Source of the DNA: Octopus sinensis
Lineage: Eukaryota
Assembly: GCF_006345805.1 (NCBI RefSeq)
Contig: NC_043004.1
Coordinates: 32,240,001-32,304,000 of the forward strand
Length of the DNA stretch: 64,000 bases
Direction of reading: 5' to 3'
Both the position numbers and the translations under genes were made by a program. The number at the start of each line of letters is the position of its first letter. Positions within the stretch are counted from its first letter, which is position 1. Under the pieces are notes generated by a model. The model did no database searches. It had not been told where the DNA came from and saw only the letters and a program-made list of their open reading frames with translations. Positions 41,801-53,100 of this stretch are shown here, piece by piece.

Positions 41801-44110
41801 AATTGATTAAAAAGAAAAGCAGTGTATTTCAACAGAGATCATGTACCAAAAGAGCTGCTGTAGTGTGACTGCATAAAGAGTTTTATAGTTCTTATACAAA
41901 AAAGACTCAACATAGGAGTTGCTATGTGGTAAGAAGTTTGCTTCTCAACCACACCTTGGGCAAGTATCTTCTACTATAGCCTTAGGTTGACAACTAAAAT
42001 TCTTCAAGATGGTGCTCCAGCATGGTTGCAGTCGAATGACTGAAACAAGTAAAAATGATTGAGAAAAAAATGATATCTTGTTGATCTCAATGTGAGCCAG
42101 CCAACCTTAACCAGGTCTTAAAGTTTTATTTCAATAATTTGTGAACATTTTCTAAATCCCATTTCATTCAATCCATTGTTTAAGAATAAAAGAAATAAAG
42201 GAAATGTAGAATGAAAAGCTTATTGTTAAATTGTTATATTTTCAGATGTGTTCTACGAACAACAAACATTTCACAAAACTAGGAGATGTCTTGTCAGCAT
42301 CAAGGTAAATTATTCGTTTGTTTCCCTTAAATGTTTTCAGTTCAACATCTACAGATTATTGACATCCAATTACCTTACAATCATCATCATCATTCAACAC
42401 AATCTTTAATGTTGTTTTCCTTGCTTGCGTGGGTCAAATGGAATTTGTGAGGCAGATTTTCTATAGCTAGATGCCCTTCTTGTCACCAACCTTTATCTTC
42501 CATGCGAGGTTTTGTTTTCTCATATTCAAACATGTTTTTCACAGAAGACTGGAGACAAACTACATTGCTTGTATGAAGGTGATACTAATTTACAGCTAGC
42601 ACATCATATCAAGACAAGGACACACACACACACACACAGCAAGCTTCTTTCAGTTTCCATCTTATAAATCACAAGGCTTTGGTTAGCCCTCAGCTGTTGT
42701 AGAAGACACTTGTCTAAAGTGTTGCACTGGGACTGAACTGTACATCACATGGTTGGGAAGCAAGCTTCTTAATCACAAACCATGCTAGTAATTGTAAGTT
42801 TAAATATTACCAAGGCTGACTTCGCCTTTTAACCTTTTGGGATTGGTAAAATAAAAACCAGTCAAAGTACAGGGCTCAGTATAATCAGTTTATGCTCTCT
42901 CTAAAATATTTGGTTTTCTGCTTATGTTAGGAATCATTAAAATTAATAATTAGCCCACACAGCTTAAGATCATCCCCAAGAAAATAAAAGAGAAGTCTCT
43001 ATATTTGTTGATCTCATGGCTATAACCTTCAAAATGAGTTGTTATAAAGTTATTGGTATTTCATGCCTGGTTTTTATTTCTCTTCCTTCCATGGCCTATA
43101 TTTTCCTATTCAAACATTCATGTACAATTTTTCATAGTGAATTGGTCAATGTATAATTTTTATTTTTTGTTAGATATGTTAGAAATGTTGATAATGATGA
43201 TGCTGTTAAGGATGATGTCTCTTGCATTTATTGCATTGTTTATGATGATAATGATGATGAATTGTTTCTCTTTAGGTTTCAGACTTTAGAACAAAGTTGT
43301 ATCAAAGATTTGGATTCTCTCAAAAATGCTTTACACCATGGTGACCCTGTCCCAAGGTTTCACTACGAAACTACAACTTTCAGCATGGTCAAGTATGTTT
43401 GTTCTTAATTCTCTCTCTCTATGTCTGTGAATATATGTCTGTTTTGACAACGTATGGGTGTGTATGTGTTGTCAGTGTTTGTGTGTATGTCTCTGTTGAC
43501 TGTCTGTGTGTATATGTATCTATGTTGTTAATGTGTGTGTCTAAAACTGCAGTGTCTCACATCATCTGTTATACACCAGCTTAGCAATAAGAAGATGCTA
43601 ATATACTCATGCTGTTTCTGAAGTATTTATAATTAATACTACACATATTCCAGTGTAAAGCACAGTACTAAATTCCTTACAATATACAATCACTATAGTT
43701 GTAGACTTAATTACCTCTTAATTTCAAAGCTTGCTGCTGTATTCAGTATGTTGTGCCCTGTATTGAGTGAGGTGTATAACTTGGCTCACTCCAGTTTGTT
43801 TGACTGAGTAAATCCCTCCTCTCTTCTGTGGCATCCTAGGAAACTGTGATAGTGTGCATTAACAATAAATAAGTAAAATATAATATATCTTTTATCTTTC
43901 ACTTGTTTCAGTCATTAGACTGTGGCCATGCTGGGGCACCACATTGAAAAATTTTTAGTCAAATGAATCATCCTAAGTATTTATTTTTTGTAAAGCCTGG
44001 TATTTATTCTACCTGCGTCTTTTGCCAAATTGTTAATGTTATGGGGATGTAAACACACCAACACCAGTTGTCAAGTGGTGGTGGGGAACAAAGACACACA
44101 CACATGTGTG

Positions 44111-44154
<44 letters not shown>

Positions 44155-47100
44155 AAAAATGGTAAATAATTTTCCTGTGGTTTTTCATGTAACCAACAAT
44201 TATTACTGGTAAATTTCGGTATGTAAATACGACAAAATAATTGTCAAGACCTTTGTAAGGTTCAGTATATAGTAAAGAAAAATAAGTTGGCTAGCAGCAA
44301 GCTGTTTCGCCTCATACCGAAGGAATTAGAAATGGCAGTCAAAGACCGTTTTTTCCATTTCTATAAGTGGAGATTCCAAAAACGAAGGCCCTTGCGGCTC
44401 ACATACACAAAACCGGAGTGCAAATATACGAATTCAGTCACTTACCGTTAATAGCGAACACGGTGTTTCTGGATCACAAACAGGGGAGTTTGAATTCCGT
44501 CATCAGCGCTATATTCGTTAGCTTTATCAAATGCCACCAGCCCTCACTTCTGACCCAGCGACATCAGATAGTGGGGGGAAGTGCACAGATGTTAAAACCA
44601 AGTAATGACTGGGAACGTAAATTTTCCCTCCAAAATTCTGCCATGCGCGCCTTCTGGGTAATCGTAATGGAATGAGGAATCCACATGGTAATACAATAAA
44701 AATGGTAAATAATTTTCCTGTGGTTTTTCATGTAACCAACAATTATTTACCGGTAAATTTCGGTATGTAAATACGACAAAATAATTGTCAAGACCTTTGT
44801 AAGGTTCAGTATATAGTAAAGAAAAATAAGTTGGCTAGCAGCAAGCTGTTTCGCCTCATACCGAAGGAATTAGAAATGGCAGTCAAAGACCGTTTTTTCC
44901 ATTTCTATAAGTGGAGATTCCAAAAACGAAGGCCCTTGCGGCTCACATACACAAAACCGGAGTGGCAAATATACGAATTCAGTCACTTACCGTTAATAGC
45001 GAACACGGTGTTTCTGGATCACAAACAGGGGAGTTTGAATTCCGTCATCAGCGCTATATTCGTTAGCTTTATCAAATGCCACCAGCCCTCACTTCTGACC
45101 CAGCGACATCAGATAGTGGGGGGAAGTGCACAGATGTTAAAACCAAGTAATGACTGGGAACGTAAATTTTCCCTCCAAAATTCTGCCATGCGCGCCTTCT
45201 GGGTAATCGTAATGGAATGAGGAATCCACATGGTAATACAATAAAAATGGTAAATAATTTTCCTGTGGTTTTTCATGTAACCAACAATTATTTACCGGTA
45301 AATTTCGGTATGTAAATACGACAAAATAATTGTCAAGACCTTTGTAAGGTTCAGTATATAGTAAAGAAAAATAAGTTGGCTAGCAGCAAGCTGTTTCGCC
45401 TCATACCGAAGGAATTAGAAATGGCAGTCAAAGACCGTTTTTTTCATTTCTATAAGTGGAGATTCCAAAAACGAAGGCCCTTGCAGCTCACATACACAAA
45501 ACCGGAGTGGCAAATATACGAATTCAGTCACTTACCGTTAATAGCGAACACGGTGTTTCTGGATCACAAACAGGGGAGTTTGAATTCCGTCATCAGCGCT
45601 ATATTCGTTAGCTTTATCAAATGCCACCAGCCCTCACTTCTGACCCAGCGACATCAGATAGTGGGGGGAAGTGCGCAGATGTTAAAACCAAGTAATGACT
45701 GGGAACGTAAATTTTCCCTCCAAAATTCTGCCATGCGCGCCTTCTGGGTAATCGTAATGGAATGAGGAATCCACATGGTAATACAATAAAAATGGTAAAT
45801 AATTTTCCTGTGGTTTTTCATGTAACCAACAATTATTTACCGGTAAATTTCGGTATGTAAATACGACAAAATAATTGTCAAGACCTTTGTAAGGTTCAGT
45901 ATGAGGCGAAACAGCTTTTTCTTTACTATATATATATATATATATATATACATACAGACAGGTTCTGCCTACGAAGTCCACTCACAAGGTCTTGGTCACC
46001 TCAAGGCTATAGCAGAAAACACTTGCCCAAGGTGCCATGCAGTTGGGTTGAACCCAGAGCATGTGGTTAGGAAGCAAACTTCTTACCACAAAGTCATGCC
46101 TGTGTCTGTAGACAATAGATTTATAAAATAAGATGTCTGTGTGTCATTAGAAGAGACATATTCTGACATGTTAGGCAGGAACATTACTGGAAATGAAAAA
46201 CATTAATCCCAATAATCCCATAGTGTTTTCAGTTGTGTTTAATGCAGTGAATCCTTAAATTTGATAGATTAAAATTTCAACTACACAGGGTAATGCAAAA
46301 ATTCATATGTTATTTTTAAAATATTGCACAACATGGGTACTATGCTTATATAAAGCATCCTGTGTGATTAAAAAAGAAATATTTGAAATATTAATTTTTG
46401 TTTTTTGCTCTCTTAGGTGTAACACTGATCTTGGTGATAATGATTTTGAGCTGATAGTTGTTAGAGGGATCAATTACAATCCACCAAGCTGTAAGTAACT
46501 CTTAATGTTTTATAACAACATAGATTGATTAAAGCAGAGAGAAAGGTATAGACTGTGAGGGTGAGAGAGAGAGAGAGAGAACCTGTCAGTGATAGAGAGA
46601 GAGAGAGAGAGAGGGTAGAAAGATGAACTGATTGATGTAGAAAAGGAGAGAAATAGACTTGTAGTGAGAGAGGAAGAGAGACTGACAGTGAATTAGAGAG
46701 AAGGAGAGATAGAGACCTATAATGAAGAAGAGAGCAAGAGAAAGATAAATTGGCACTGAAGGAGAGTGTCTAAGAGGGAGAGATACAGGCAATGAAGTAG
46801 AGAGAGTAAGATAGACATGAAATGAGAGAGAGAGAGAGAGAACGAAAGAAGGAGGCTAACAATGGAGTTAAAAGAGAGAAAGACTGACAATGAAGTAGAG
46901 AGGAGCTAAAAGTGAAAGTGAGAGAGAGAGAGAATGATTGTCTGTGAAGTAGAAAAGACTGTAGTTGGGAATTAACGAGAAACACCCACGAGTTTATGCA
47001 CACACAGTTTACATCTACCAAGTTCAATGCTCAAGATATCAATCAATCCAAATCTGTAGAATACACTTGTCCAAGGTGCCACACAGTAGAATAAAAACCT

Positions 47101-50100
47101 AGTAGAACATAGTTGTGAATTGAACTTTTTAACAATACACCCATATCATTTTTTCATAATTTTTCTTTTATCTTTCAGCATACTCTCCTAAGGATTTGGA
47201 CACCTATGTAAAATTTGAATTTCCATTTCCAGCAGTAAGTAATATATCAGGAAATTCCTTTTCTTCTATACTGGTGGTTCTTGTTCCTCCTCATTCTCTT
47301 TTTTTTAGGAGATTCAACATCTCTTCCCACAAAACTGTGATCAACTATGATTCAAGGTGTTGTACCTTCACCTCAAGATTTCTTCTCTCTGTAAAATGTC
47401 TGTCAGTCAGACCAGACAGAATCTAGGTATTGATTTGTAATATTAGCACAAAGACACATATCTTGGGGAGAGAACAGTCTATACATCCACTCTGGTACAT
47501 TATTGCTTCTTTTTAATTTTTCTAAATTAAAATTTGAAATTGAAACCCATGGGTATCACTCTGTATGTCATCTTATCCACAGGTACAGCATTTTGTATTC
47601 AGTGAGAAGATACAAAATGCCAACCACTTGGCTGCTTAACCCTCTTGCACTCAGTTTAATCCCTTTGTGTTTAAATTGGTCATTTCTTCCAGATGTTAAC
47701 CAGATCTAGACTTTCACACCTACCCTTCAATGTCAGTCTAAAAATAAGCAATTACATCATCAACTTCTTGAAGGTACGAGCTAATGCATGATTTATTCAA
47801 AGCAATGTGAATAAATAAGCATTACGTTTAAAAGAGTAATCTGAAGGCTAAAGGGTTAACACCACCACCTGGTCTTTGGATTTCTTTTAGTGAAGTTCAT
47901 TCTTTTTAAGCATTTGAATGAAATTCTCAGTTTCCTTCCTTTAGGAAGGAAATGAGAATCACCAGTTTAATACAAACTCAGTCCCTGAAAGCCTGTAGCA
48001 GTGTTCACTATGTTGCAAGTGTTCAGACCAGACTTTTCTACTTTTCTGTCTCTTGACAATGACCTGTGGATGTTCACATTCTGAATCAACCATATCAGTG
48101 TCACCAGTAAGGATGGATCTATAAATGTCATGTGCACTGGACTTCCACCTTTGAATTATTATGAAAAAAAAAGACAATCACCCTTCCTTTCTTTTACTGA
48201 TAAAATATGAATGTAAAAGTATTCATGCAAAACAAGGTGGTGGAGAAGAGCTAGATTTGGGGTGGTGGTGGTGGTGGTGGAGGTACTGGTACTTTCATAG
48301 TCCCATCAGTGTGTATAATGGGGTTGATAGAGTGAGGAAGTTGTAGTAAGGGTCCTATGCAGTGACAATAATATTTATGTTGTTATTTTTAAGGATGATC
48401 CTCAAGTACACACCATTGAAACAGTCAAAAATACAGATTCTCCAGGTAAGTCTTTTATATTTATGCATGTTTACGTATAGACACTGGCATGGCTGAGTTG
48501 TTAAGGGGTTCATTTCCCAAACATGTGGTTTTTGGTTTAGTTCCACTGTCTGGCGCCTTGGACATGTGTTTTCTACTATAGCCCTGAGCCAACCAAAGCC
48601 GTAAGAGTGGATTTGGTAGACAGAAAGTGAAAAAAGTTCATATATGTGTGTGTATTTCTGTCTCTCTTTGTCTTGACACCATGTGAAAGTCGTGATACAT
48701 CTTAATACAAGCAATATGTGTCATTTCCATTCTTCTTTGAAAACAAGTCAGAGCATGAAAAAATATAACCTTGCTTAGAAACAGGTGAGGGTTGGAGACA
48801 GGGAGAGCATCTGGTCATAGAAAATCTGCCTCAACAAATTTCATCTGACAAGTATAGAAAAATGGACACTAAAAATGATGAAAATGTTGAAAAGTGCTTG
48901 TGTGTGTGTAAGAGTGATAAGACCAGAGAAATAAGGCATTGGGCTGAAAATTTCAGTTTTGTGGGTAATAATCTGTTGCACCTGTTCATTATGTTTATAT
49001 TGGCATATATATATATATATATATGCTTGTACATATGTGACATGTACACTCACACAGACACATACACACCTTTACAAGAAAAATGTTGATGGTGACGTCG
49101 AAGCTTTGGTTTGCTCACTTTTGTGAGACAGTCTGATGAAACTGAGCAACCTGAAACTTCAAAGTTTCTGTCAAACTTTTCCCTGTAAAAGTTAATGACA
49201 TGTACTCCACTAAAAGTATTGATTAATCCTTCCTTTTAGTGTTAAATTATTTTTATATACAACTTGATGTAGATAAGCACACACATATATATACATGCAT
49301 GCACACATACATACATACACATAGACTCAAAGGGGACAGAGAATCTGTATCAGAATCATTCCTTTTTGGGGTTCTATCTAATCTATTTATATCTAAATTT
49401 AGTTTTAAAAATTGCATTCTTTGTTCAATCCTAGATTTTTCCTCAAACAATTTAATTTTTTATTTTGTTTTTCTTTTCCCAGAATATAATGAATCTGTTA
49501 GACTACAAATCAACCGGAAATCGAGAGCCATGTTGCGAATTTTTGAGAAAAAGTCTTTGAAATTTGAAGTCTTTTATCGTAGGTGTGTTGGCAATTTTTA
49601 TAGGATTTCATCACTGTCTTTTTGTCTCTGAGACTTTTGTTTCTTTACTATAGAAATTGCATAGAGATGTTGGAAAAATAAAATTGTTGATTACTTATTT
49701 TACTTATTTAAGTAATAATGCTTTCTCAATATATAGGTCTCTCAATCCTGATAAAATGTTGGGATTTTGATGAAATGCAATTCTAAAAACATAACCATCT
49801 GCTGATATGATATAGTGATCATAGATGTTCATTACAAATGTGGTTTATACTTGTTGATGCTGTGTACCTCCTGTTATGTCACTTTCACCTGCCAAGGTGG
49901 TTTGAATAAAGTTAATTAAATGTGTTTTCATGTATGTTTACAATATATTTATTCTTATACATCAGTTTCCTAATTAAATTATTAATAAATAGATAACAAT
50001 AATTAAATTACTAACAGAGAGCATCACCAAATTCTTACTCTTTCTTTGGCACAGGCATAACTGTGTGGTTAAGAAGCTTCTTAACTATATGGTTTTGGGT

Positions 50101-53100
50101 TCAGTCCCACTGCATGGCTCCTTAGGCAAGTGCCTTCTGTTATAGCTCCTTGATGAATAAAACCTTGTCAATGGTTCAGGTAGCTGGTAACTAAAAGAAG
50201 CTCATAGTATATATGTGCTATTTTTTAATGATAAACATAAACTGAAAAAAATGTAACCAAAACCGAGATAAAGTGATTCCATGTTAACTGAGTACTCTGT
50301 AAATTGAGGGACAATTGGTGATGTGCAGAACTAATCAGAATATATATAAGGTGTATGTGTCTCAAAAGCCCTTAACTGCAATCAGTATGTCCCTTACAAC
50401 CATTTCATGCTATTTATTTGTTTATTTTTTTATCCAGAGGTTTCCTTAAAAGTGATAAAGTGTTGGGTACAGTGAACATCAAACTGCAGTCTTTAGAAAG
50501 CAAATGCACAATCCATGATTCCTATGATGTAAGTTAACCACCTAAACCATTCACTCATATTCATACATACACATCCTATCCAATACTCACCTACCTACCT
50601 ACCTACCATGTTACATGTTTTACAGAGTCACTCATTCTATACTCCCTACAGACTATAAAAAAAAGGCCATCCCGTGGATGAATCCTGAGGGTAGCATGTC
50701 TTAGAGAACACTTAGACTATGTATATCAATTAATTTTGTAATTATTACAGAATTTGAACAAGTTTAATAAGATAATTAACTTGTACATTATTATGCTGCT
50801 GTTTAATAACACAACAAAAGATTCTTCAATAAAATTATGATGAAAGGTTATATCTTAGATATGATTGCTTTAAAATGGGGCTGTATCATAAAACCAAGGG
50901 TATCTCACAAGTAGGTTGTTACCAAAAAGATTAACAAATCTTAGCATATTACAATTACTAACACCCAGATACTGCATCCTTTTTTTTTTCTTTCTATTTT
51001 ATTATTACTACAACAGTATCTGCCCTTAATCAACATGCAGGCCACACCCAAATTTACTGCATTCACCCCTTTTTTCCTCTTCATGTCATCTTTACTATGT
51101 TTGACTCACCAGTACATCATCATCATCATCATTTAGTATCCATGTTCCATGCTGGCATGGGTGTCATCGTTTTAACATCTACTTTTAATTTTTGCATGGA
51201 GTCAATTGAGTGTATTGAGGCAGAGTCTTTCTACAGCCTGATGCCCCTCTTGTCACCACAACTCACTTGTTTCCAAGCGAGTTATATTTTCTCCCAGTCT
51301 GTTCAACAACTAACAACCTGGACATGTTTTATGTGAGGAGCAGGAAATGCAATAGCCTTTTTGTTTACAAAGATCATGTAACATGTCAAAGCATATCAGA
51401 AAGCCACTGTTTACAAACCAGTGAACACAAGGGTAGCACGCAGGTCCCAAATTTGTCACAGTGAGAGGTGTCAAGTGGAGACCCTTGCTGAGGAGTGAAC
51501 ATTCGGCAGCGGAAAGGGGAAGGTTGGGTGGTATAGTGGCTACAGCATGTGGGAGTGGGGTCGGGGAGGGCAATGCTGGTGGCACGTGAAAAGCATCTTT
51601 AGGGAGGCAATGATAAATGACCAAGACATTTGGCATTATGCTGTGCTTGAGAAGAAGGCCCATCAAGCCAAGTAAAATTGAAGTCGTGGCAGATACTGGT
51701 GTCATACAAATACACCTGTGACAGTGGCACGTAAGAGCACCCATTACACTCTGAGTAGTTGGCATTAGGAAGGGCATCCAACCTAGAAACCATGCCAAAT
51801 CAGACTGGAGTCTGGTGCTGCCTTCCAGCTTACTAGCCCTGGTCAAACCTGTCCAACCCATGCCAGCATGGACAATGGATGTTGAATGATGATGATGATT
51901 AACAAAATCGTCCCTATTTCTCATATTATTCAGTTAATGGATGGCCGTAAGTCAGTTGGTGGTAAACTAGAAGTGAAACTGAGGCTACGTGACCCCTTAA
52001 AGAATAAACAGGTTGAAGAAATGAAGGAGAAAATATTGATTATTGACCAGTTCTTGAGAAAAGTAAGTACATTTATATTTTCATACCTTTATACAGGTCT
52101 TAGCTTTCACACCACATCCAGTTCTCCTGTCCTTTGCCCTTATGTCAAATGTAAGTGTAAAATATCTGGCTCTGGGAGATTTTTGAGAGCAATTTCATAA
52201 TGTGAAGTACATGTGAGATAAATTTTTTTCTGCAGGAACAGAATAGCAACCTCTCATGTTAAAATTTCTTTTTGACTTGGTGCAGGTAGGTGATAAACTT
52301 GCTGTTTATTTAACCCTTTAGTATTTAAACCGGCCATATCCAGCCAAAATATTTAATCTGTTTTATGTTCAAACTGACCAGATCCAGGCTCTCACACCTA
52401 CCCTACGCTGTTATTCTACATTAAGTAATTACACCATCAACATCTTGAAGATATGAGATAATGCATGATTAATTCAAATCAATGTGAATCAATAAGCATT
52501 GTTTGATAGAATAATCTGAACACTAAAGGGTTAAACTCAAAATTTATCTGAGAGATGAGAAATGCATCAACCAATATGTACAGGTGAAGCAGCTGTCCTG
52601 GAGTGGACTTTAGATGTGAATGGATGATAGGTACTGGATACAAAAGTGTCATGTGTACTGACACTGAAAGAAGATGATGTAGAGAATTAAAAGTAATGAA
52701 GTTGTCACTCAACAAATTGTTGGACCATATTGACAAAATGATGCAGGATTAAGGACTATATTCATGTAATGTGCCACCACATGTATGAGGTGCTGTGCTT
52801 AGGTGTTGTGACTAACCCAAGTGATATGCTATATCCCCATGAACCCATTCCAATAGGAAAAAAATAATTTCAAAACAATGACATTTTCAACAATGGTATT
52901 GTTGATCCTCATAAAGCTAACTTGGGATGTTGTTTTCAGATCAAAGACATGACTTGGATGTTTGCAACAAAATGGACTGAAGACATTGAAAGACCAGGAA
53001 GTGGTGGTGGTTGGACTGTTAAATCAGATATTAAGTAGATAAGTCCACCATCCAAGAACAAATATAGTCCATTAGATGGATTTCCACAGTTTCCTTCTTC

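Larger units (their letters stand above)
44149..45930 (-). repeat. 545-bp tandem array (3.2 units) bearing hammerhead ribozymes, inserted into the (TA)n of a SINE in CC2D1 intron 17
   Basis: caataaaaatgg recurs at 44151, 44694, 45239 and 45784; flanked by (TA)n; host SINE halves at 43895-44110 and 45950-46100. Confidence 0.97.

Noticed and set aside
44845-44875. Second hammerhead-like stretch in the 545-bp unit (minus strand cggtatgaggcgaaacagcttgctgct)
   Set aside because: CUGA core is missing, position 16.1 is C, and no stem I pairing was found.
44831-45765. Repeated 129-aa + strand ORF ([14 protein letters not shown]...)
   Set aside because: Non-ATG start, no recognisable domain, and antisense to the ribozyme strand; best explained as an incidental frame in a tandem repeat.
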